Assembly (NCBI GenBank): GCA_044892525.1
Contig: CM097887.1
Location: 2,542,001-2,606,000 of the forward strand
Direction of reading: 5' to 3'
DNA length: 64,000 bases
Origin: Schmidtea polychroa
Lineage: Eukaryota
This document shows positions 39,657 through 51,508 of the stretch, in pieces. Made by a program: the position numbers and the translations under genes. Within the stretch, counting starts at the first letter, position 1; each line of letters opens with the position of its first letter. Below the pieces are notes generated by a model. That model did not search any database. It was not told the origin of the DNA and saw only the letters and a program-made list of their open reading frames with translations.

Positions 39657-42227
39657 TAGGGTGGAGCTTATTTTTGAACTTTCAAAATATTACCTTCTTA
39701 CCCTCCCATTCTGTTCCTATATATGAAAGAAAAATTCAGGCAAAATATGAACACAATTGAACAATATTTAGGGGTAGCTCAAGGACAGAGAAGTTTCTGA
39801 TACTCTTAAGCAGCGGCCGCCCATTTATTTACGGTACTTTACTATAGTAACTGAGAACTAAGTAAATTGAGACTTTCTCAGACTCTGATAATCATACAAC
39901 ATTTCAATCCTATTTTTACAATATACAATTAACACAAATTCTTCATAGTCCAGGCATGATCAGACTTGTTTAGTATGTTTACTGTGTGGACTGGCTATTG
40001 CAGGAGTTTGACAAATGTGTTTATAAATTTAAATTGTAAACAGTTGATAACACTACTATTAAAGTGAGCATTAAATTGCCCAGAGAGAAAAAGGAAGAAG
40101 GGGGTCGATGACTGGTGCAGATGAAAAACTTGCTGCTAAGGAGAAAAGATCATTTGAACGAGATGAGCAAATGCTTGCGAGGCGACAGCGAATGGAGCAA
40201 GTGAAGCAGTTAGCAGCTTCTACCGCTGAACTGATATCGTCATCTTCTGAAACCAGCTTAGATGGTGGAAACATGAAAAGTGGAGAAAATCTGAGTGATG
40301 ATGCTGCAGGAGGCAGCACATTTCGGACGCCAAAAAGAAAGAGGGGGCGAAAAGCTGTTATTACTCCAGAACTTGCAGTAGCTTTAGATAGAACTAAAGT
40401 GTCAGATCGCAAGGCTGTTTTCGTTATTGCAGAAACTGCTAAAAGCCTGGGACAGAACATCGATGAACTTGCTCTAAACAGAGACTCGATTCGACGACTT
40501 AGGGTAGAACATCGAGTTCAGAGAGCTGCCAACATAAAAGCAAAGTTCCAGGATAATGTACCACTTGTAGTTCATTGGGACGGCAAACTGATTCCTGATC
40601 TGATTGGAAAGGAGAAGGTTGATCGACTGCCGGTTTTGGTTTCTGGAAAAGGAGTATCTCAGCTACTTACAGTTGCTAAGCTTCCATCTGGAACAGGCGA
40701 AGCTCAGGCTGCTGCTGTATATGAAGCCATCAAAGACTGGGGCATAGCCAAGAGTATCCGAGCTATGTGTTTTGACACTACTAGCTCAAACACTGGTCGG
40801 ATTGCTGGTGCTTGTGTACTGTTAGAGCAGAAGCTTCAGAAGGAGTTGTTATCACTGGCTTGTAGGCACCACATTATGGAACTGATAATTGGGGCAGTTT
40901 TCCAGGTCTGCATGGGAGCCTCATCCTCCCCAGAAGTTGCACTCTTCAAACGCTTTCAAGAGTTCTGGAGATTTATAGATACGGCTAAGTATGAAGCAGG
41001 CACTACAGCTGATGACGTAGCAAGTTTACTGGAGGATATAAAGCAAGACACCGTCGATTATGCCAACAAGTATCTTGAACAGAGTCAGCCGAGAGATGAC
41101 TATAAAGAATTCTTGGAACTTGTAATTGTCTTCCTCGGTGCTGCTCCTCCCAGAGGTGTACGGTTCATGGCACCTGGTGCAATGCACCATGCTCGTTGGA
41201 TGTCCAAGGTGATATACAGCCTAAAAATTTGGATGTTCAAGGCGCAGTTCAAGCTGACTACTGCAGAAGAGCGAGGGTTGCGTGATGTTTGTGTATTTGC
41301 AGTACGAGTGTACCTGAAAGCTTGGATATCTGCACCTCAAGCAGCAGGTGCTCCATTCAGTGACTTGCTGCTGCTGAAGTCGCTGCTCGAGTACTCATCA
41401 ATACATGCAGCCATTTCAAAGGCAACATCTCGCAAGTTTGCAAATCATTTGTGGTACTTATCTGAGAAACTGGTAAGCTTGGCTTTTTTCGACAGTCGGG
41501 TCAGTTCGTCAACCAAACGACTGATGGTGAGTGCCATGCAAAATGATGAAAACCAGGATTCTGATCATTGCAAACGTATCACAGTTGCTCTTGGTTCATT
41601 CAAAGAGAAAAACTTGGAAGATTTTGTCACAGCTAAATCAATGATTCTGCTTCAACAGCTTGAACTGCCAGATGGATTTCTTGCAGTTGACCCAGACTTG
41701 TGGGGAGACAGAGATGATTACAAACAAGCTGCAGAAACAGTTACATCTCTAAAAGTTGTAAATGACCATGCTGAGCGTGGAGTGGCCCTCATTCAGGAAT
41801 ACAGTGGATTAATCACCCGTGATGAAACACAACTTCAATTCTTGCTGCAAGTTGTCCAGGACCATCGCAAAATGTATCCCGACAGCAGGAAAAAGACTCT
41901 GTCCGCCATCTCTGGGTTTACATAATAACAGTTAATTTCAAGTTTGCTGGACATTTACAGATTGTTTGTGTCAGAAGCTAAAGAAACATTTCACTATTAA
42001 TGTCTATGTGTGTAACACTGAAGTTTGCAAAAAAATAAAATAGAATCAGAATTTGTTGAATTTACAAAAATTTTATCATATTTCAGGCACTTGAGCTACC
42101 TCTAAACATAAAAATTTATTGCTTAAACTTTTTATACAGTGTTTCTATACCATAAGGAACAGATTAGGGGGGTAAGACTTTCAAAAATTATTTTTTTATT
42201 TTTTTTTATTTTTTAAGCTCCACCCTA
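39657..42227 (+). mobile_element. hAT-superfamily (hATm-like) transposon nested in the piggyBac
   Basis: TIR TAGGGTGGAGCTTA / TAAGCTCCACCCTA plus long imperfect subterminal inverted repeats; perfect 8-bp TSD ATACTGCC at 39649-39656 and 42228-42235. Confidence 0.93.
40108..41925 (+). CDS. hATm-like DDE transposase (605-aa uninterrupted ORF; 5' exons may be missing)
   Basis: VVHWDGK, FDTTSSNTG, ACRHH (CxxH), HHARWM, VVNDHAERGV; possible splice acceptor cccag just upstream. Confidence 0.85.
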   Translation: MTGADEKLAAKEKRSFERDEQMLARRQRMEQVKQLAASTAELISSSSETSLDGGNMKSGENLSDDAAGGSTFRTPKRKRGRKAVITPELAVALDRTKVSDRKAVFVIAETAKSLGQNIDELALNRDSIRRLRVEHRVQRAANIKAKFQDNVPLVVHWDGKLIPDLIGKEKVDRLPVLVSGKGVSQLLTVAKLPSGTGEAQAAAVYEAIKDWGIAKSIRAMCFDTTSSNTGRIAGACVLLEQKLQKELLSLACRHHIMELIIGAVFQVCMGASSSPEVALFKRFQEFWRFIDTAKYEAGTTADDVASLLEDIKQDTVDYANKYLEQSQPRDDYKEFLELVIVFLGAAPPRGVRFMAPGAMHHARWMSKVIYSLKIWMFKAQFKLTTAEERGLRDVCVFAVRVYLKAWISAPQAAGAPFSDLLLLKSLLEYSSIHAAISKATSRKFANHLWYLSEKLVSLAFFDSRVSSSTKRLMVSAMQNDENQDSDHCKRITVALGSFKEKNLEDFVTAKSMILLQQLELPDGFLAVDPDLWGDRDDYKQAAETVTSLKVVNDHAERGVALIQEYSGLITRDETQLQFLLQVVQDHRKMYPDSRKKTLSAISGFT

Positions 42228-44043
42228 ATACTGCCATTAGTGCTAACGTAAGAGTAAATATCACCCTCTTTCATACGCTTGTTAGCACGTACATCATCTG
42301 GCAAGTGTTTTCGTGATGTTCTGATAGTACCAATAGCTTGAACACCGTTTTCACGTAAATAGAAAAACAGCTCTACCGAGGAGAAGAAATTATCCATTGC
42401 CAGGATACAGTTTGTGTTGTGAAGACTCTTTGCCAAATGCATTATCACACTTCCACCTAGACCAAATTGGCGACCTTCATTATAAACTTTGCCTTGATAC
42501 ATGTCAAGTTCATGAACATATCCAGAACGTGATGATGCTCGGACCCACATTTTGAATCCCCAGGGTATGGGTTTTCCTTTGACGTACTGTTTCATTGCAC
42601 TTTTCCCAGTGAACTTAATCATGTGTTCATCAATTGACATTTCATTTTCCATTTCCATTGCAGCTTGAAACGCTTTGTTGAAATGGTTTATTAGTGGACG
42701 TACTTTGTACGCTCTGTCGTATTCCGGATTGTCTTTATGTGGCTGAAGAGCATTATCACTAAAGTGCAAATTCTTTAGGATAAATTCAAATCTTTTCACT
42801 GTCATCACATCGGCAATTGCATCTACATGGAGATCTCTGTCAGTTGACCAATAGTCACGGAGATTTGGTAATCTGTTATAGCCCATAATTATGCATATAC
42901 CCAGAAATGCTTTTATCTCTTCACTTGTTACATCGAATATAATTCCCTGTTGTTGAGCATACAATTTAGTTTGTTCAATAATGAGTGTTACAAGATCTTC
43001 AAAATTTGTTGTGATTTCAAATGAAGAGTAGGCAGTTGCAGGTTCAATATCCACTTTCACTTTTCCGAAATCTACTAGTTTTGTAGGTGTAGGGAATTCC
43101 AACAATCTCCGTTTTTTCTTTTGCCATTTTATATTTAAAGCCGTTGAATGCAACACATCCGAATCACGTTCTGAAATGGCAACAGAAACAAATATACGAA
43201 TTCGATTGAAATATATTAGGAAATCGAAGTAATGTACCTGACTCATCAGATAAGTCTTTAGATTCCTCATCAACATCTATGTCTAAAAACATAAAAATAA
43301 AACTTTGGTCACCATAAATGCTGATTTTAATTTGTAGCTAGCTTATATACCTTCTATTATTGTTTCGTCGATACCCATTTCAATGTCATTTTCAATCAGG
43401 GTAACATCTTCCTCATCAAGGTTTTCCATTTCGTCCTCAGAATTATCCGCCCATAAAAGTGAAATTGCTTTTTGAGCACAGGCTCTTCTTGAGTGAACAA
43501 TTCTTTTTTCTTTTGACATATCCTATAATAAAAATCATAAAAAATAAATAGCAAGTGTTAAAATATGTATTTTCATTTTAATTATATTTCTGTGCTATCA
43601 CTAAGTACTATCAATTTAGTAATTTAATAATGAACTATATAATACGCTAAATTTATGTTTACCGTTCTGTGGTATATATATATATATATATATACCACCA
43701 AGTTATTTCAGTTCTCTGAAGTACAAAAAAATAGTATTTAAGTTATTTTAATAGTCATTATGTTAGCTAAATCATTGTGAAATAATATAATATGAAAAAC
43801 GTTTTCAAAAACAAAAGATTACCTAAAATAATCTGAGTAGAAGATAATGTCTCAAAATTCTGAAAATTTCAAATATTTAACGAGATCGTATTAACTAAAA
43901 CAATGTTTTTATAGACACCAAAGATTCCAATGATAATATTTAGGCATATGAGAGTATTTTTATCAAAGGGCGAAACCAAATTATGTTTATTTATTGGTGA
44001 ACTATTTCGTTGAAGACGTGGTACATATATATACCACAGAACG

Positions 44044-44836
44044 TCAACTACAATTATTAATTAATTTATTTATGCGGGGCTGTTTTACACTCGCTACCTT
44101 TCTAATACTAAACCAATCCAAAGCGTTTATTCCTTTACAACCAGGAATATTTACTAATCTAGCCTTTCCTTCTTTGCTAGTTAGTTCTCCCTTTGTGGGA
44201 GGTATTAAATTTACTATTTCTTGATATATTGTATACCAACCGGTTCTTTCAGTAAACTCTAAATAAGAAATGTTCGCCTTTGTCACGATATCTGGTTTGA
44301 TTGCCCATCTTCTACTTAGATAAGCATGGTTGAGCACTAATCTCTCGACTCGCTGGTCATTTTCTAATATGACGATAAGCGCGATTTTATTATTCGTCCT
44401 CCAATCGTGAGTGGAAAGAGTATCATTTCTGTTCCACCGTGGATGAGTAAATCTTACTGTCGGCCCAAGATATGAAATCTCTACTTTTTTGGTAAATTTT
44501 GCAGTCTTCAAAATCCATGATGCTTTATCTACACAATCTCCTCCGTCTGCAAAAACGTTTGGGTCTGCAAAGAATGTCTTGATTTCTAGAAGATAACTTG
44601 TATTCGGCATAAGTCCCTCTATCCCATGTATTCAAGTGAAATGATATCCCTTTTTCAGCAGCTACCAAATATAGATCATATCTGTGCCATTGTATATTCG
44701 TTAAATGAAATCTGAATGCTCTATCTGTTCGTTGATATTCGATATCTGGATGTTGACTATCTTTTGGTGTAAATACCTCGAATGCTTGTCCAATCATCAT
44801 AACACAACTAATCACCGCTAGAAATGTAACTGTTTT
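44044..44836 (-). pseudogene. Post-integrase secreted/surface domain fused in frame to IN (signal peptide, FN3-like motif); truncated by the piggyBac
   Basis: After RYPLRSR: KTVTFLAVISCVMMIGQA-FEVF; frameshift near 44635 leads to IEGLMPNTSYLLEIKTF and ORF 44044-44610. Confidence 0.6.
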
Positions 44837-47800
44837 CGGGATTTGCCGAGATCGTAAAGGGTATCGTTCTGGTTGTCCCTTTAGGATACTTTTATATGAT
44901 TCTAACGTTTTCTTTTTCGATTTCTTATCTATTTCGAATTCATCAATTTCTGATTTTGGTTTCTCTTTTCCTGGCGGGGCTATCTTTTTACATCTGTTTG
45001 CATGAACCATTATCGGTTCTGCTTTTCTGTTTGCCACTAACTGCAAGACCAAATTGGTTTCTGTGACTTTCAAAATTTGATACGGCCCTTTGTAATTTCT
45101 CATTAATTTTGGAGATAAACCCTTTTTGTTGTAATGTCCCTCTACCATGACATAATCTCCAACCAAAAATCCATGATCCTTTGCCTTGCGATCATGATAT
45201 TCCTTCGTTGTTTCTTGGTTATAACGAATGTTCAAACCTGCTTTCTCCCAGGCTTCTTGCATTCTCTCTCTCATCTCGAATAAGTAATTTCCCTCATCAC
45301 AATTCTGTGAAGCTTTCGGATAAAATATAAGATCGACTGGCATCTTGCTATGCCTCAAATACATCAGATAGAAAGGTGTTTCTCCCGTTACTGAATGAAC
45401 AGCATTTCTATACGCAAACAAACATGATGGTATGTGTACATCCCAGTCTGTCTGACCTGAGTTTACGTATGATGATAACATGTTTACCAAGGTTCCATTG
45501 AACCTTTCTACCAATCCATCCGTCTGTGGGTGGTATGGTGAGGTATTTAACTTTAAAATACCAAAGTAATCATTTATACCTTTTAACAAATTACTCATGA
45601 AATCCTTTCCTCTGTCGGTAAGCAATTTTGTCGGAACACCATATCTAAATACAATATGTTCTACAAATATTCTGGAAATTGTGTCTGCCTTATGATTCGG
45701 AATTGGGAATGCTTCGGGCCACTTCGTTAAGTAGTCGCAAAATACTATGATAAATTTATTTCCCATCTTCGATTCTTTAAACGGCCCTAGTACGTCCATA
45801 GCAGTCATCTCCATTGGCGAGGACGGTACTGGCATTGGTTTCAATGGAACATGTGGTTTCCTGCCTGTGTTCCTTCTGGTTATACATATCTTACATGATT
45901 GACACCACTTTTTAACATCATCTTTCATATCTGGCCAGAAGTATTTCATTTTTAATCTCGATAGTGTATGTCTAGCTGAGAGATGTCCTCCCAGTGCTCC
46001 ATCGTGATATTGTAATAGTAGTGATTCTCTGTATTTCTTTGGCACTAATATTACATTATCTCTTGATTCCACATATTTGATTAGACCTTCTTCCAATATG
46101 AATTTATCTTTATGTTTCTCCCAATACTTCTGAAATTCATTTGGTATGGCCTTTGCTTCTATAGCTTGTCTGATCATATTGATCTCGTCATCATTTTTCT
46201 GCGCCTCTACTAAATCGCTCAAAGTGTTAGCCTCTCTTGTTAGCATGAAGGTAGTTCCTTCTAATCTTCCTTCCTTTATATCTTCTAACTCAGGCTCTTG
46301 CTCCATTCGTGATAATGCGTCTGCATTACCATTAACTTTACGATATACAATTTCGATATTATATGACTGTAATCTCAATGCCCATCTTACTAACTTTGAT
46401 GCTTTGTCTCTATGTTTTAACAGCCATTGCAATGGTTTATGATCTGTATAGAAAATTACCTTTCTGCCCCATAGGTAATGACTAAATTTTTCCACTGCAA
46501 ACACTAACGCTATAATGCTTCCAATTCTATTACAGCATAACTTTTTTCGTGTGGCTTCAATCCACGACTTGCATATGCAACTGCGTACTCATCGCTAATT
46601 TCGTCTTTCTGTCCCAAAACTGCACCTATACCTCTTGTGCATGCATCGGTCATCACCATGAATTGTCTTTTAAAATCTGGAAATCGTAAAATTGGTGGTT
46701 TGCATAGTGCATCTTTTAACTTATCGAATGCCTGTTGTTGGTCTTCTCCCCATAAAAATTTTATACCTTTCTTTTCTAAGGTAGTTAAAGGAAAAGCAAT
46801 TGCTGAGAAATTTCGTATAAATTTTCTGTAATATCCCGTCAACCCTAAAAATCCTTTGATTTCTTTCACATTCACTGGTTGTGGGAAATTCTTTACTTTA
46901 TCCGTGTTAGCCGGATCTGGTCTTACGCAATCGTGTGATATTACATGCCCCACGTAAATCACTTCCGATTCTGCCCATTTGCATTTGCTTGGCTTTACTT
47001 TCAGGTTAGCCATAATCAATCTTTTGAAAATGTCCTCAAGGTGTTCCAAATGTTTATCTAAATCTTCCGAGATGATAATATCATCTATATATACCATTGC
47101 ATGATGTGCATCCATCAACATGATATTCATTGCCCTCTGGAAAGTTGGAGGGGCTCCTTTTAATCCAAACGGCATTACTAAGTATTCAAAATGATCACTA
47201 CTTGTAGAAAATCCTGTCATAGGAATTGAGTCTTCGCTCATCTTTATTTGATAAAAACCTTTCTGTGCATCCATCACAGTAAACAACTTTGAATTTTTCA
47301 TTTTATCATAAATGTAATCTAGCAAAGGTAGCGGGTGATTATCACTAACTGTTTGTTCATTTAATTTCCTATAGTCATTGCATAATCTAACTGAGCCGTC
47401 TCTTTTAGCTACAACCACCAAAGGTGAGGAATATGGAGATTTACTGGGTCTGATTATATTATATTTTTGCATTAATTTAATTTGTTTATCAACGGACCCC
47501 TGTATACTTTGAGGTATTCTGTATGGGCGTATCTTTATCGGTTTATTTTCTGTTAATTTAATTTCATGCTCTAGAATATTAACTTGCCCTAAGTCATATT
47601 CGTGTTTTGCGAAAACTTGGTCATATTTACGTAACAATTGATTAACTCTGATGTTTTCCTTTCTAGATAAGGCTTTACTATCGCAGCTCGGTGCGTCATA
47701 ATATTCAATTTCAGGATCTCGTTCATCCTCTTCTACTGATAATATCGATTCAAACTCTTTCTGCATGTTAGATAGTTGTATCACTTTACCCACTCTAGTC

Positions 47801-48597
47801 TCTGGGTATAATCTCAATGATTTGCTCGCTAGATTCGTTAATCTAATCGGGATCCTTCCTCCCCGTACTGTTGCCAAGTTTTTCACCATAGGCGTTTTAT
47901 ACCTATTTACGAACTGCTCACTCGGTTCGAAAATAACATCTCCTTCCACCTCTTGGTGTGTTGCTACAAAACAAACTGTTTCGGTCCTCGGTGGTATTGT
48001 CACCGTTCTATCCAAAAACACTACATCCACACTGTAGGTTTTCCGTTTTCTACCCGTCATTTTCACTAATTCGCCTGTTGCACAATCGAATACAATATCT
48101 TTTAACTTTTTCAATATATCCATTCCCACGATACATTCTGCCAAACATTGTCTAGTGACCTTGATATCGTGTCTAAATTTTTGATCACACAACCTTAATT
48201 CACAATCTAATGTTCCGATAACATTGATAGGTTGTCCATTTGCTCCCGATGCCACGGTTAATGTCGGCACTATTGCTTGTAATTCTTTTTCATTTAATAA
48301 ATTTGCTTCGATCAATGTCAAATCAGATCCTGAATCAATAATGACATGTACCGTATGTCTGTTAACTTTTAATTTGATCGTAGGTTTATGAGTCTTTTTA
48401 CCCATATTGACCATTAATATTGCTGAGATTCCTCGAATATTGTCTCTGAACCTTTGTTGATCATCACTATCTTTGTCATTTTCTGATTTTATTTCATCCT
48501 TATACTCTTCCTTTAGCCGTTCCAACGTGCTAAATGGATATTTCGGTACCATCTCCAATACTGATGTACCCAAGGGTGGCATTGTCTCGAACTTCAT
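44837..48597 (-). pseudogene. pol: pol: aspartic protease, RT, RNase H, integrase (Ty3/gypsy order)
   Basis: IIDSGSDLTLI; RLCNDYRKLN, MPFGLKGAPPTFQR, YIDD; TDACTRGIGAVL, YTDHKPL; HHCC (GGHLS..CKIC), MDVLGP, TDRG, VERFN; a 2-bp TA insertion frameshift at ~46510. Confidence 0.95.
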
Positions 48598-48725
48598 TTG
48601 ATACGTTGGTTATGAGGTAGATGGTAATATATCTGTATTCGTTCTGAACTCGAACCTCTTTAGCATTTCCTCTTCAACTCGTTCTGGTATTATCTTTTTT
48701 CTACCCTCGTATGGTGATAAATAAT

Positions 48726-51482
48726 TCACAGGCCACTCCTGCCGTTTAGTTGTAAAGTACTATTTTCAAAATTTTGAGATTTCGGTTTTTTGTTGTCTGG
48801 TTTTATTGAGGTGTTGTCTGAGGTCTCATAGCCCTCTAGGTTACCTCCCTCGTCAGAATTGTCATCGTCTCGATGACTAGGTTCGTACATTATTAACTCA
48901 TGCTTCTTAATAGTTTGTCTCTTCATTCTCTTAATCTCTTTATTATGATGATGAAATACTGCAAAATCTGCACAGACTGGACACATCCCTAGTAGCAACT
49001 TCCAAGACCATCCCCCGATCTTGAAGATACTATAGGTGGAAAATAATTGCGATATGATTATTTTCAATATCATCACTATTGCATATATACCTGATCATCC
49101 TGCTACAAAAATGCCAAAGCTTGTAAATCTCCCCCAGATTTTCCGTATTACATTTGATGCAGCTTGTTTGTAATGTTCTGGTCCAAATAATAAGTTATAG
49201 TCCGGTTTTCCATCATATGATTGATAAATTCTTGTTATTATCTCTGACATTCCCCGATCTCTGATTTGGGGAAATACAATTGCTCTCCGAGCTTCTTCAA
49301 TATCTTCCGGAGTATATACTCCGCCTTTTGACATCTCGTTTAATGGTTGAAACTCCACTTTAGTTTCTAACTTTGTAGCCTGAAGCACTTCAACTGGTTT
49401 TGAAGGCGGCTTTCTGTCTGGCAACGAAATCCAAATATTGTTGATTTTGTATAATGGTGACATTGCTGGATTGCAAATTGCTGTTAATGGTGAGGTATCC
49501 TCCTTTAATAGCTGGTGTGATACTGGCATCAGGAATCTCAATTTTCCTTTATATTTCACTAATAGCTCCAATGTACATCGATCATATTTGGTAATTTCCA
49601 CCTCTATTGCTTTACATTGATAGCTAGAAATTGCTTCGCCCAAAATTCTACCAAATGTTCCTTCCTCTGTCGACATTGGCATTATTAAATCAGGATTTGC
49701 TATAGATATTGCTAATCTATTTCGTATTATTTCCCGATTTAAACGACAGTCGTTCAGGATCACTTCCTGATACACATCTAATAATTGTTTCTGCAAATCA
49801 TGATACAAGAAATCAATCTTATTATTGATATACTTGGCTATTTTAATATCTGATAAATGTAATGATTCTGCTGCTGGAACATATTTGTATGCTAAGTATA
49901 TTCCCTTGTAGTTGGTTTCAAATATTGGTACACCACATTTTGTTGTCTGTTTCTTTCTGACTAAACGGATTGCATCTGTTGGGTTCTTGGAGACTAATAC
50001 TACTGCTGTGCTTTTCTCCGGTACTACTTCCTTTTTCGTTTTGTGAGCTATCTTGTCTCCCCAACCACTTTGTTGTGAATCCTGAGACGTAAAGCTTTTC
50101 CCATCTAGCCTTGAAAATACTACCTTTTTCAGGTATCCTAAATCACAAAAATCTCTCATTGATTGGTACGTTAGTACTGCCAAACTGGTTTTACAATAAC
50201 CATATTTCACGTTGCATTCTGGATTAGACATCATTTTTCCCGTGGATACTTCGAAAGTTCCTTCGTACTCGATCAGCTCTACTGTGTAGTCCTCAACTGT
50301 TACCACATAACTTACTACATTGGAACCTCTTACTTTCTTTCTGCCATGACAAGAACCATCATCTGCTGTCGGTCCTCCCCGGGTAATAGTTATACCCAAC
50401 TTTTTCCCTTCTTCCGCGGTAATTGTTAGCTCATGATCTATTTTAACTGTTTTTGACCGAAAAGCATTTAGACAATCCTCTGGTGGGATGATTAACGGTA
50501 TAGGAATGAGTTTAGCTCCTAAAAATGCTTAATAACTATTCGATCCACAGTAATATTCAAACGTCGCTCTCTGGATTCGACATTCCCTCACTCTAGTTCT
50601 GTAAAACTCTGTTTGCTGATAAACATGATATTCTACGTCTTCCCTTTTTGCAACTTTATCTGGATATGCTTCCTTGCATTCCACTGTGTCTACTAATGAG
50701 TAGATTCGCGATAGTATTGGTTCATTACAATCATATGACGTTAGGGAACTTGTCTGTCGCAATATTCCCATCATTACCAACAACATCTTCATCCAACTAG
50801 TAAATCCACCTGCTCCCCGTGGACTACTTTTCATTTTCCCTTTCGTCAAGCCTTCATCTATGAATTGTCCTGCTACTTCGAACATCTCTTGTTCTGTGGT
50901 GCCTCCTGGAATCTTTTCCATAGCTTTCTTGACTTTTTCTGCAATTTTGACAACATTAACACTTTTATCTTTCTTGATTTGCCAATCGGGCTTAATCAAT
51001 CGTAAGATTTGATTCAGTCTTTTCCATGTTTCCGTTTTATCACTAGCGTCTCCAACGCTTTTATCAATTTGGCTAGCTATCCCTGCTAGAGCCTGCTTCG
51101 TTACATTTTGTATTGTAACTGGTTTTAGAAGTTCTCTTGGAGGCGGGTTCATTTGACTTTTCCTCGGTCTACCCCTTCTCTCCCTCTTCTTTTTATTCTC
51201 GACTAGCTTCGGGCTCACCCTTTCTCTTGGTGGCTCGACTTGTCGCGAAGTGCTAGCTCCGATGTTTGCTTCATTTCGGTTTAATTGCACTTCCTTATCT
51301 TCCTCTGTTGGAAATATTTCCATCAACTCGTCTTCAGTATTATCAAGTTCCTTTAGATATTTATCTATCTCTTCATCTAAATCTACTGTAGTTACGGGTT
51401 CTTGATGAATATCCCCATCTACTTGTTTTTGCTCGGGATGTACAGTTTCATCTCCCATTTCGGCATTATCTGGAAATCTCAA
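48726..51482 (-). pseudogene. Acidic/AT-hook linker + chuvirus/gB-like (class III) envelope glycoprotein, between gag and pol; two in-frame stops
   Basis: Internal signal peptide WMKMLLVMMGILRQTSS-LTSYDC; YYCG; DGSCHG; YINNKIDFLYHDL; DCRLNREIIRNRLAI; GEAISSYQC; GGVYTPEDI; C-terminal TM KIWGRFTSFGIFVAG*SGIYAIVMILKII..GWSWKLL; the three ORFs share one frame. Confidence 0.8.
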
Positions 51483-51508
51483 GGTTGCCTATTGATCCTC
51501 TGGAAACT

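Larger units (their letters stand above)
38973..43519 (-). pseudogene. piggyBac transposase with 3 GT-AG introns, interrupted by an hAT insertion (585 aa when reconstructed)
   Basis: Exons 43519-43351, 43282-43238, 43170-42228 + 39648-39439 and 39363-38973 total 1758 nt = 586 codons in frame; catalytic SIDEHMI, MDNFF, GGVDIADQ; C-terminal Cys-rich domain CTYC...CSSCDVHLC...CYSLYH. Confidence 0.9.
38796..44056 (-). mobile_element. piggyBac transposon nested in the LTR element (right end uncertain)
   Basis: TTAA-CCCTTTGACGCTC at 38792-38808; subterminal palindromes gtggta(ta)n-accac near 38927, 43669 and 44019; partial TIR (ttgacg.tc) near 44040 and TTAA at 44057-44060. Confidence 0.75.

Noticed and set aside
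40071-40460. Antisense ORFs over transposase and pol genes (e.g. 40071-40460, 46146-46442, 52353-52802)
   Set aside because: Shadow ORFs of real coding strands; no motifs
42164-42180. Near-identity between the hATm subterminal ttaggggggtaagactt and the LTR element's PPT region
   Set aside because: Short, low-complexity match with no mechanistic link; probably coincidence
43955-43975. tcaaaggg as the right piggyBac terminus
   Set aside because: Followed by CGAA rather than TTAA, and the subterminal palindrome at ~44019 lies beyond it
48770-48785. Slippery heptamer A AAT TTT as a programmed -1 frameshift from glycoprotein tail to pol
   Set aside because: The -1 frame hits TGA immediately and TAG shortly after; cannot be distinguished from decay without a consensus
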